From Scyliorhinus canicula (Eukaryota): a stretch of 64,000 nucleotides of DNA. Position 1 is the first letter of the stretch. Each line of letters begins with the position of its first letter. A program made the position numbers and the translations under genes. Location: contig NC_052171.1 of the NCBI RefSeq assembly GCF_902713615.1, positions 19,689,952 to 19,753,951 of the forward strand, written 5' to 3'. Below are positions 24,401-36,400 of the stretch, piece after piece. Under the pieces are notes generated by a model. It searched no databases, was not told where the DNA came from, and saw nothing but the letters and a program-made list of their open reading frames with translations.

Positions 24401-25020
24401 AGGGTTTATCAATACATTCATATTCAAACCTTCTGTGACTGCTCTGTGGACCATATCTGGGCTTGCCAACCCTCCAGGGGTTGAAGGTCAATCTCCAGGA
24501 CACTGTGCGGACCTGGAGAAAAACCATCAAGGTTTTTAAAAAAGATAGTTTTCTTTTGTCATTCCTTTGGACATTTCTCTTTATCAAATGGCAGCAGGGT
24601 AGCATGGTGGTTAGCATAAATGCTTCACAGCTCCAGGGTCCCAGGTTCGATTCCCGGCTGGGTCATTGTCTGTGTGGAGTCTGCACGTCCTCCCCCTGTG
24701 TGCGTGGGTTTCCTCCGGGTGCTCCGGTTTCCTCCCACAGTCCAAAGATGTGTAGGTTAGGTGGATTGGCCATACTAAATTGCCCGTAGTGTCCTAATAA
24801 AAGTAGGGTTAAGGGGGAGGTTGTTGGGTTACGGTTATAGGGTGGATACGTGGGTTTGAGTAGGGTGATCATGGCTCGGCACAACATTGAGGGCCGAAGG
24901 GCCTGTTCTGTGCTGTACTGTTCTATGTTCTATGTTCTAAATGTAAAAACATTGTCAATTGGGGTAAAGGCCGACAGTCAAGTTTCATCCAATTGGGGTC
25001 ATTTTGCATTCCAATTGGCT

Positions 25021-25851
25021 TAGGAAGGGCGTACATCACAGGGACAGATGTAGGAAGGCCATACGTCACAGGGACAGACGTAGGAAGGCCGTACGTCACA
25101 GACAGACGTAGGAAGGCCGTATGTCACAGGGATGGGTGTAGGAAGGCCGTACGCCACAGGGACAGACGTAGGAAGGCCGTACGTCACAGGGACAGACATA
25201 GGAAGGCCGTACGTCACAGACAGACGTAGGAAGGCCGTATGTCACAGGGATGGGTGTAGGAAGGCCGTACGTCACAGGGACAGACGTAGGAAGGCCGTAC
25301 GTCACGGACAGACGTAGGAAGGCCGTATGTCACAGGGATGGGTGTAGGAAGGCCGTACGTCACAGGGCGGAGTGTAGGAATGCCGTACGTCACAGGGACA
25401 GACGTAGGAAGGCCGTACGTCACAGGGACAGACGTAGGGAGGCCGTATGTCACAGGGATGGGTGTAGGAATGCCATACATCACAGGGACAGACGTAGGAA
25501 GGCCGTACGTCACAGGGACAGACGTAGGGAGGCCCTATGTCACAGGAACAGACGTAGGAAGGGCGTACATCACAGGGACAGACGTAGGAAGGCCGTACGT
25601 CACAGGGCGGAGTGTAGGAAGGCCGCACGTCACAGGGACAGATGTAGGAAGACCGTATGTCACAGGGACAGACATAGGAAGGCCATACGTCACAGGGACA
25701 GACGTAGGAAGGCCGTACGTCACAGGGACAGACGTAGGAAGGCCGTACGTCATAGGGATGGGTGTAGGAAGGCCGTACGTCACAGAGACAGACGTAGGAA
25801 GGCCGTATGTCATAGGGATGGGTGTAGGAAGGCCGTACGTCACGGAGATGG
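25021..25851. repeat. Minisatellite, about 28 units of 30 bp (some 26-bp variants)
   Basis: Consensus gtaggaaggccgtacgtcacagggacagac. Confidence 0.95.
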
Positions 25852-26867
25852 GCGTGTTGGCTGACGAGTGGCTGGAGGTGGAGTGGGGTGGGGCTAGTCA
25901 TGTGATGCAGCCTCCAGGAATACCTGCAATTACTGTTGGCAACCCAAGTCATATGCTTTTGGAGAAGGTTATAAATTTGTATCACTGAAGCCATGGAACT
26001 TGAGTCTGATCTACAATGTGTCGGAGGGTGATGCATTTAAAGATTACCCTGTGATTATAAATGAAAGCGAGGGCAAGATGTTTGCGAGCTTCTGCAATGA
26101 ATCTTGGAGATGGTGCATGCACTGTTCATGGGGTGAAGGAGGGAGTGAATGTTTAAGGTGGTGAATGGGAGCCAATCAAGCGGGGCTGGTTTGTCCTGGA
26201 TGGTGTTGAGCTTCTTGAGTGTTGTTGGAGCTGCGCTCATCCAGGCAAGTGGAGAGTATTCCATCACACTCCTGACTTGTGCCTTGTAGATGGTGGGCAG
26301 GCTTTGAGGGAGTTTGGGGGGGGGGGGGGGGGGTCAGGAGGTGAGTTACCCACCACAGGATTCCCAGCCTCTGACCTCCTCTTGCAGCCACAGCATTTAG
26401 ATTTCCAGGATGTGGTCATCGCTGGATGGGTCAACGTTTATTACCCATTCCTAGTTGCCCCTTGAGAAAGTGGTGGTGAGTTACCTTCTTGAACGGCCGC
26501 AGTCCCTGAGGTGTAGGTACACCCAATGTGCTGTTAGGGAGGGAGTTCCAGGATGTTACCCCAGTGACAGTGAAGGAACGGCCGATATATTTCCCAGTCA
26601 GGATGGTGTGTGGGTTGGAGGGGAACCTCCAGGTGGTGGGGTTCCCAGGTATCTGCTGCTCTTGTCCTTGTATTTAAAAACAAATACATTTAGAGACCCC
26701 AGTTTTTTTCCCCTAATTAAGGGGCAATTTAGCGTGGCCAATCCACCTAGCCGGCACATCTTTGGGTTGTGGGGGCGAAACCCACACAAACACGGGGAGA
26801 ATGTGCAAACTCCACACGGACAGTGACCCAGAGCCGGGATCGAACCTGGGACCTCAGTGTCCCTCAT

Positions 26868-27710
26868 TTGGCACCTGGAGCACTGTGTAGTTTTGGTCCT
26901 GTTATCGGAGGAGGAATGTGGTTACATTAAAGGCAGTTCGGAGGAAGTTCACTCGATTGATTCCAGAGATGAGGGGTTTGTGGTATGAGGAGAGATTGAC
27001 CACTTTAGGCCGACACTCTCTAGAGTTTAGAAGAATTAGAATTAGAATTAGAATTAGAACAGTACAGCACAGAACAGGCCCTTCGGCCCTCTATGTTGTG
27101 CCGAGCAATGATCACCCTACTCAAGCCCACACATACCTATACCAGTAACCCAACAACCCCCATTAACCTTATTTTTTTTAGGACACTAAGGGCAATTTAG
27201 CCTGGCCAATCCACCTAACCCGCACATCTTTGGACTGTGGGAGGAAACCGGAGCACCCGGAGGAAACCCACGCACACAGGGGGAGGACGTGCAGACTCCG
27301 CACAGACAGTGACCCAGCCGGGAATCGAACCTGGGACCCTGGAGCTGTGAAGTATTTATGCTAACTGCCATGCTACCCTGCTGCCCGGTGAATGAGAGAT
27401 CTAATTGAGGTATACGAGATGATAGCAGGGGTTGACAAAGTAGACGTGGAGATGATGCTTCCTCTTGTTGTCATTCTAGAACGAGAGGTAGGATAAGAGG
27501 CAGCAAATTTGAAACAGAGAGGAGGAGAAACTCCTTCTCCCAAAGGGTTGTGAATCAGTGGAATTCGCTACCCCAGAGTGCGGTGGATGCTGGGACAGTG
27601 AGTAAATTTAAGGAGGAGTTAGATATTTAACGGGCCGGACGGTGGAGTTGAAGCTGAGCGGAGGTAAGCCATGATCGGATTGAATGGCAGAGTCCCCACT
27701 CCTCATTATT
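26868..27710 (+). mobile_element. CR1 3' fragment with a nested antisense SINE (27032-27386)
   Basis: VRRKFTRLIPEMRGLWYEERL...SLEFRR, resuming after the SINE. Confidence 0.8.
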
Positions 27711-27818
27711 CTTGTGTTGTGGTCCAATTGTTCTTGACAGCGAATGTGTTTAAAAAGTGAGAAATCAGAGAGCAAACCTACTTCGCATTCTTGGTGATCA
27801 CGGTCATGAATTTTCTAC

Positions 27819-27988
27819 TAAGAAGTCTTACAACACCAGGTTAAAGTCCAACAGGTTTGATTCAAACACGAGCTTTCGGAGCGCGCTCCGAAAGCTAGTG
27901 ATTTGAAACAAACCTGTTGGACTTTAACCTGGTGTTGTAAGACTTCTTACTGTGCTCACCCCAGTCCAACGGCGGCATCTCCACATCG
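27819..27988. mobile_element. Second Penelope-like palindromic insertion
   Basis: Same sequence family as 24200-24400, folded at ggagcgcgctcc; TSD tgaattttcta (27807-27817 and 27989-27999). Confidence 0.82.
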
Positions 27989-29189
27989 TGAATTTTCTAG
28001 CGAAGGGATTTTGGTGCGGTGCGTTTTCTTGAATGTCGGTGCAGTCGCCTGATATCCCAGTGGGATGAGAGGAAAGGGAGGGACACAGAGTGCTGGGGCG
28101 CGCTGAGCACTTGGAAATGGTCTGCCATATAACGACACAGAACAATGCACAGCTAAAGTAGCTCCCAGAGAGCGAGAGAGATAGGGTCATGACTAGTTCA
28201 TCCATGCTTTCATTGGGATTAAAGGGAGAGGCTGCAATTGGAATCTTCCTATCCACTGTGTGTGCCTGAGGCCGCACAATTGTGAGGGATATTTACCTTT
28301 ACAAAATTAAAACAAAAACCACAAGAGGTGGCCAAATGCCTGAGAGCAAACAAACACACCCTGTTTTGTAAGGTGGCTGCTCACTGTGCTCATTGAGGTT
28401 CACCTGACTGGAACATCGTATTATCTCTGCCCAGCGATGGACGGGCTTCGATATTGCCCTGGCAACCGATGCAGTCCAGGTCGGGAGGGGAGTATTCTGG
28501 TGCCATTTGCAATGCCTCCCACTGGATTTACACCGGATCCTCATTTTGGAGGGGTTTTTATTCTGCGTTTGTTAAACCCCGGGTACGGTTCAACGTCGGG
28601 ACAATGGTTCAGGACTGGGAAGGAGGAAAGGTTATCGACTGTTTCACCTGTTCAGAGAGGTTTAGGCCTCCAAGTGGAGACCAAGATGAATACAGAAATT
28701 CCAAAGCTGTCAACTGTCTGTGGGGTTTAACCAGGTTTTGCAAGCGATGGTCTGGGAGGCTTTGAAGGCGGTAGTGAGGGGTGAGGTCATTTCATTCAAG
28801 GTGGAGGTGGCTGGGGAGGTACGTGGGAGCAGCAGTGACTGATAGAGGAGATATGGGCAGCATGATAGCACAGTGGTTAGCACAGATGCTTCACAGCTCC
28901 AGGGTCCCAGGTTCGATTCCCGGCTGGGTCACTGTCTGTGTGGAGTCTGCACGTTCTCCCCATGTCTGCGTGGGTTTCCTCCGTGTGCTCTGGTTTCCTC
29001 ACACAGTCCAAAGATGTGGGGGTTAGCTGGATTGAGTGGAGTGGAGCTAAGTCTTTGCCGCATTGGAGATATTTGGGATTGTGCTTTGGCATGGGTGAAA
29101 TTGCAAGGATCCGACAGCACGTGTACAAACGATACGTATTCGGAGTACTTTCCACGATTTCAGGGAATTGGGCATGAATGCCCCACGTC

Positions 29190-30625
29190 CTTTCTTCTGT
29201 TTGTGCTGGCTATACTTAGCCATTGCTGCTGAGGGGTCCAGACTTATGGAAGGAGATAGTAAGGGGAGGGAGGTGGAGCGGGTGTCTCTGTACGCGAACA
29301 ATCTGCTGTTGTACACCTTCAGCTGAGGAATAGAATGGGGTTGCTCAGGAGATCGGAGCGTTTTTGGGATACAAATTGAATTGAGGGAAGAGGGAGTATT
29401 TTGTGGTGTGCGTGGGGACGGACTGAGGGTTTGTCATTCCGGACGGCAACAACTTATTTTTCGGTGCCTGGGGGTGCAGGTGGGGCAGGATTTTGGGCAT
29501 GGCTTTGTCAGCTCAATTTCATCAGTTTGGTTGTGAGTGTGAAGGAGGACTTGTTGTGGTGGGATTGTCTCCTTGTCATTGGCCGGCAAGGAAGATGATT
29601 ATTCGGCCGCGTTTTTTGTTTCTGTTTCAGTGTCTGCCGGTCTTTGTGCTGAAGTCATATTTCAAGGGGGTTGATCTGTTGGCCTCATCATTAGTGTGGG
29701 CGGGGGAGGTGGCTAGGATCAGGAAAGATTTGCTCCAAAGGGGGGGCGGCAGTCGAGGGAGGTGGGGGGTTTGGCCCTTCTGAACTTGCTATACTATTAC
29801 TGGGCTACGAATGAGGAGTAGGACTGGAGTAGGGCTATGAGGCTTTATGGGTGCAGATGGAGGTGGGTTCCTGTCAGGGGTCTGGTCACAGTGCCGTTTG
29901 CCCAGGGGAAGTTCAGGGCAGGCTCACGGGTGATGCCGACACGAAGGAACCAGCGGTTTGAGTCAGTGAGGATGGGTGTGAAGTCCTGGGGGGTGGGAGG
30001 AGAGAGGGCTAAAGGAGATGACAGAAGTTTTTGAGGAGGGGCCTTCCCTAAACTTGGAAGAGATGGGGGTGAAGTTTGGGCATGTGGAGGGGCTTCAGGC
30101 ACATGCAGGTGCGGAACTTGGCAAGAAAGGTCTTCCCAAACATTCCGCTGGCCCTGTCCTCCTCATTGCTGGGGGAGGTGCCATTGGTGACGGGCTGGAG
30201 GGAGGGGGCCGTATCGGCGATTTATAGGAGGATCATGGAGGAGGACAAGGTGCCCATGGACGGGATTACGGCCAAGTGGGAGGAAGAGGAAGAGTTGGTG
30301 ATGGCGCTGGAGGAGGGATCATGGCGCGAGGTGCTGCAGAGGGTTACTGCCTCAACCTTGTGTGTGCGAGGCTGAGGTTGATATAATTAACAGTGGCGCA
30401 CTTAGGAAGGTGAGGACGTGCCGGGTGTTTGAGGGGTAGAGGTTAGCTGTGAACAGTGTGGGAGGAAGGGGGTCGCTTTTCTGTGCCATGCCAGAGGTTC
30501 TGCATGTGGATTTGGAGCTTGGTCGCTGGAGGCCATGTTTTGGGTGTTAGACCTGCAGATGGGTGCGGGGGAAGATGTCTTCGCCTTCACCTTGTTGCTC
30601 GCTCGCAGGCGGATCCTGTTGGGTG
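29190..30625 (+). mobile_element. Degenerate L1-clade LINE ORF2
   Basis: RVSLYANNLLLY (decayed YADD), GYKLN and LALLNLLYYYWA remnants; many frameshifts. Confidence 0.75.
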
Positions 30626-33169
30626 AAATGAAAATGAAATGAAAATCGCTTATTGTCACGAGTAGGCTTCAATGAAGTTACTGTGAAAAGCCCCTAGTCG
30701 CCACATTCCGGCGCCTGTCCGGGGAGGCTGGTACGGGAAGGTCAGTATCTCCACCCTGTGCCTCAGCCTGGCTGGTCCTGGCTGGGACTCAATGTGTACC
30801 CGACGCTTTGCGGCCTTGCCTTTACTTGATGAATAAACCTCCCTGTTTAAATCCTTCCTTCCCTGGACTCCTGTGATGAAAACCAAAATAGATCAAAGAA
30901 GGGGCAGCACGGTAGCATGGTGGTTAGCATAAATGCTTCACAGCTCCAGGGTCCCAGGTTCAGTTCCCGGCTGGGGCACTGTCTGTGCGGAGTCTGCACG
31001 TCCTCCCCGTGTGTGCGTGGGTTTCCTCCGGGTGCTCCGGTTTCCTCCCACAGTCCAAAGATGTGCGGGTTAGGTGGATTGGCCATGCTAAATTGCCCGT
31101 AGTGTCCTTAAAAGTAAGGTTAAGGGGGAGGGTTGTTGGGTTATGGGTATAGGTTGGATACGTGGGTTTGAGTGGGGTGATCATTGCTCGGCACAACATC
31201 GAGGGCCGAAGGGCCTGTTCTGTGCTGTACTGTTCTATGTTCTATGTTCTAAGTATCAGCTTCCTGGTCATTGCTGCATTCGGGAGTTTGTGGGACCTTG
31301 CTGTCCACTCAATTGGCTGTTGCATTTACAACATTAGAAGAGTTGATTCATTTCCAAAGTACCTCATTGGCTGTCGAATGCCGTGGTGGGCTGTCCAGTG
31401 GTCGCACAAGGCGCCACATCAATGCAAGCCACACTTTTTCATTGTTCAATCAGGCTAGGTGGATCTCGCCTCCTTCATCCTCCGGAATTTGAGTTTGCCT
31501 CGGATGACAGAGAGGGACAGATTTCCCGGTCCTTTCCGCTGATGGGATCGTCCGGTCCCATTGAAGGCCCCCCCACGCCCGCCCCCTCCCGCAGTAGGTT
31601 TCCCAGCAAACCAGGCAAAGTGCTGTGGACTTTGGCTGGGCTGGAAGGCAGTCTTCACAGCGCCAAGGTCCCAGGTTCGATTTCTATACTTGGGTCACTG
31701 TCTGTGCGGAGTTCTCCCCCGTGTCTGCGTGGGTTTCCTCCGGGGGCTCCAGTTTCCTCCCACAAGTCCCGAAAGACATGCTGTTAGGTGAATTGGACAT
31801 TCTGAATTCTCCCTCTGTGTACCCGAACAGGCGCCGGAATGTGGCGACTAGGGGCTTCTCACAGTAACTTCATTGCAGTGTTAATGTAAGCCTACTTGTG
31901 ACAATAAAGATTATTAATATCTCCATTTGTGTATCGGTGTTCGATTTAGTTTCAGAATGTTCCTGTGAATGTTGCGATTGATCTATTCCGATGGTGCTAT
32001 TGAATGATAAGGTGTTGTGATGTTGTCCGATCCATTATTAAATGGCCCATTCCCATTCTGACTTCTTGAAAAGCTTGCCTGGAAGACATCTTACTCTGTA
32101 AGGGGCAGCAGGGTAGCATGGTGGTTAGCATAAATGCTTTACAGCTCCAGGGTCCCAGGTTCGATTCCCGGCTGGGTCACTGTCTGTGTGGAGTCTGCAC
32201 GCCCTGCCCCTGTGTGCGTGGGTTTCCTCCGGGTGCTCCAGTTTCCTCCCACAGTCCAAAGATGTGCGGGTTAGGTGGATTGGCCATGCTAAATTGCCCG
32301 TAGTGTCCTAATTAAAGTAAGGTTAAGGGGGGGGGGTTGTTGGGTTAAGGGTATAGGGTGGATACGTGGGTTTGAGTAGGGTGATCATGGCTCGGCACAA
32401 CATTGAGGGCCGAAGGGCCTGTTCTGTGCTGTACTGTTCTATGTTCTATGTATATTTGATATTCTTTGATAATTAAATTTTGTTACTCGATCTTTCGAAT
32501 TGTTTCTTTTATAATCTCTGTATTCTCTCTATGTCTTTCTTTGCTTTTTGTTTGGGGAAGGGTTAGTGTCTTTTGTTTTCCCTAATTGATTCCTCACTGT
32601 GCCCCCTCCGCCCCTCATTCCCCCCCACCCCCTCCTCCCCCAGTCTGCCATTTCCCACTCAGCCCCTGGAGGTGCTGGAGTGGCTCTCTCATCCTTCACA
32701 CACACGATGGGCTGAATGGTCTCCCGCCCTCGGGGCTGTCACACTTCATCACTTGTGAGAGTCACACACACATTTTCCTGAATGGGTCACCTATTTCTCT
32801 GTTCCAAGGGACAGAGCTATTGGAAGATGGGATGGGTGTGCGGGAGGTTATACGATACAGGGCAGGGGGAGCTTGATGGAGCTGACGTACAGTTTGTGAG
32901 TACAAACTGGGGATTGACTCTGGGACCTGCCTGGTCTGCGAGTCAGAGAATTCACCCAATCAGCAGCTGAACCTCAGGGCAACACAGAAACATTGTGCTT
33001 ACGTGACTGGAGGAATAATGTGAAGACCAGAATGAATGATCCAGAGATGCGAGTTCAGATCCCACCGAGGCATTTATACCCATTAATAAAATCAAAATCT
33101 GAAATTAAAAAGCTAATATCTGTAATAGTGACCTTGAAACTGCTGGGTTGTAAAACAATGGCGGGTGAA

Positions 33170-33428
33170 CTCTGCCTTGAAGCCATTTAGCGTCCCGGCC
33201 TCCACTGCACTCTGTGGAATTCATTGCCGCAGAGTGCAGTGGAGGCCGGGACGCTAAATGGCTTCAAGGCAGAGATAGATAAATTCTTGATGTCGCGAGG
33301 AATTAAGGGCTACGGGGAGAATGCTGGTAGGTGGAGTTGAAATGCCCATCAGCCATGATTGAATGGCGGCGGAGTGGACTCGATGGGCCGAATGGCCTTA
33401 CTTCCACTCCTATGTCTTATGGTCTTAT
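33170..33428 (+). mobile_element. CR1 3' end with a 45-bp inverted duplication at its 5' junction
   Basis: 33170-33214 is the exact reverse complement of 33230-33274. Confidence 0.85.
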
Positions 33429-36400
33429 GTCGGCCAGGGAAGGGAATCCCTCGTTCTAACACTGTCTGGCATCTGTGTGACCCCAGATCCACAGCAAGTG
33501 GCCCTCTTGAACAGCCCAGAAAGCCACTCAATAGTATTCTGGGAGATGACTTACCACCTCCTCAGGGTAATTAAGAAAGGGCAATAAATGCTGGTCTTGC
33601 AATGACTCACATCCTAACTCCCGAGCGTGTTCCTGGCTACGACCCATGCATGAGTCAAAAAACACACATAAACGTCAATCCAATTTCAATCCAGATTTAT
33701 TTTCAGATTTGAGTTGTTGAAATAATGAGATTTGAAAGGTTAATGGATGGACAGACAGCTTCCCCTCTCTCTGCTCAATCTCACTTCTTCCACAATAACC
33801 GCAATGCCTTATTCACTACAACATACCGACTAATCCCCCCACCCCATCCAGACCATGTGATCTCCAGGGAGAGGCAAAAAACCAGAGTTAAAAACCCAGG
33901 GCCAATATGGGAAAAAATTCTGGGAAATTCCTCTCCGACCCCTTGTGGCGATCGAAACGAGTCCCGGAGATCACACTGGCCCGGGATCGGTTCATGCTTC
34001 CCGACACTTTCCCACTTATTTTCCTGTCACATCTGAACACACGACCTTTGAAGAATTTTACAGGAAGTTGGATGAGTCGAACTTTTCTTTCCTCCCATAA
34101 TGCTGCCAGACCAGCAGTGGTTTTCCAGCATTTTCTCCTCTGGAGCCCTGAGTAACAGGATCTCTCATGGAAAGCACAAAAGGCAGTAGTCCTCCCAGTC
34201 TTCACCCTGACAGAGCCTGCACCAAGTCTAAAAGTGGTCAATGTGCAGGCCCCTGTTGAAATACCCAGTGTACACAACTACATCCAACGCCCAAGAATCC
34301 CGTTGATCCTTTCAGCGTCATCCATCCCCATCTGAAAATTCAGGAAATCGCCAAGCCCAGCCCCCAGCTCTGTGCTGACCTATCAAAGGCAGGGTCACTG
34401 CTTGGGGGGCAGGAGAAGGGTCTCAAAGGTCAGATGGTCATTCAGGCCCATGATTTGAAACTTTGGGCAAGCTGGGTACTAATGATCTTGTGTTCCAGGT
34501 TAAGCATGAGTAAAGAGCCTTCGCCCGTGGAGCCTTCGCCCAATTGGAGACTTCGCCCAATTGGAGCCTTTGCCTAATTAGAGCCTTCGCCTAATTAGAG
34601 CCTTCGCCCAATTAGAGCCTTCGCCCAATTAGAGCCTTCGCCCAATTAGAGCCTTCGCCCACTTGGAGCCTTCGCCCAATTAGAGCCTTCGCCCAATTAG
34701 AGCCTTCGCCCACTTGGAGCCTTCGCCCAATTAGAGCCTTCGCCCAGTTAGAGCCTTCGCCCAATTGGAGCCTTCGCCCAATTGGAGCCTTCGCCCAATT
34801 GGAGCCTTCGCCCAATTGGAGCCTTCGCCCTCGGAGTCTTGGCCCAAATAGAGCCTTTGCCCAAGTGGAGCCTTTGCCCAGGTGGGGCCTTGGCCCAAGT
34901 GGAGCCTTTGCCCAAGTGGAGCCTTTGCCCAAGTGGAGCCTTTGCCCAAGTGGAGCCTTGGCCCAAGTGGAGCCTTGGCCCAAGTGGAGCCTTTGCCCAA
35001 ATGGAGCCTTGGCCCAAGTGGAGCCTTGGCCCAAGTGGGGCCTTTGCCCAAGTGGGGCCTTTGCCCAAGTGGGGCCTTTGCCCAAGTGGAGCCTTGGCCC
35101 AAGTGGAGCCTTTGCCCAAATGGAGCCTTGGCCCAAGTGGAGCCTTGGCCCAAGTGGAGCCTTGGCCCAAGTGGAGCCTTTGCCCAAGTGGGGCCTTTGC
35201 CCAAGTGGGGCCTTTGCCCAAGTGGGGCCTTTGCCCAAGTGGGGCCTTTGCCCAAGTGGAGCCTTTGCCCAAGTGGAGCCTTTGCCCAAGTGGAGCCTTT
35301 GTCCAAGTGGGGCCTTTGCCCAGGTGGAGCCTTTGCCCAAGTGGGGCCTTTGCCCAAGTGGGGCCTTTGCCCAGGTGGAGCCTTGGCCCAAGTGGTCTTG
35401 GCCCAGGTGGGGCCTTTGCCCAAGTGGAGCCTTGGCCCAAGTGGAGCCTTTGCCCAAGTGGAGCCTTTGCCCAAGTGGGGCCTTTGCCCAAGTGGGGCCT
35501 TTGCCCAAGTGGTCTTGGCCCAGGTGGGGCCTTTGCCCAAGTGGAGCCTTTGCCCAAGTGGAGCCTTTGCCCAAGTGGAGCCTTTGCCCAAGTGGAGCCT
35601 TTGCCCAAGTGGAGCCTTTGCCCAAGTGGAGCCTTTGCCCAAGTGGAGTCTTCGCTTTTGGAGCCTTCGCTCTTGGCACCTTCGCCCTCGGACTCTTCAC
35701 CCTCGACTCTTCTCCCTCGGACCCATCGCCCTCGGCCCCTTCGCCCTCGGACTCTTCTCCCTCGGACCCATCGCCCTTGACTCTTCGCCCTCAGACCCTT
35801 TCCCAATTGGATCTTTCACCATTGGAGACCCAGCAGTGGGGGTCTCAGCACCAGGAGAGAACCAGCGTCTGACGACCTCCAGCGCCGGTGACCCCCAGCT
35901 CCTGGAACCCGACCTCGCAGCCGGAGCGTCCCAGTACCCGGTGCACCCCACTACCAAGAGAGACTCAGCACCTGGAGAGCCACCGTCCGGCGACCCCAAA
36001 CCCCCGGCGACCCAGCGCGCCCGAGAACCCGGCGAGCTATTGGAGTCTTCGCCCTTGGAGTCTTCGCCCTTGGAGTCTTCGCCCTTGGAGTCTTCGCCCT
36101 TGGAGTCTTCGCCCTTGGAGTCTTCGCCCTTGGAGTCTTCGCCCTTGGAGTCTTCGCCCTTGGAGTCTTCGCTCAGGGACTCTTTGCCCTCGGACCCTTT
36201 GCCCTCGGACTCTTTGCCCTCGGACTCTTTGCCCTCGGACTCTTTGCCCTCGGACTCTTTGCCCTCGGACTCTTTGCCCTCGGAGCCTTTGCCCTCGGAG
36301 CCTTTGCCCTCGGAGCCTTTGCCCTCGGAGCCTTTGCCCTCGGACCCTTTGCCCTCGGAGCCTTTGCCCTCGGAGTCTTTGCCCTCGGACTCTTTGCCCT

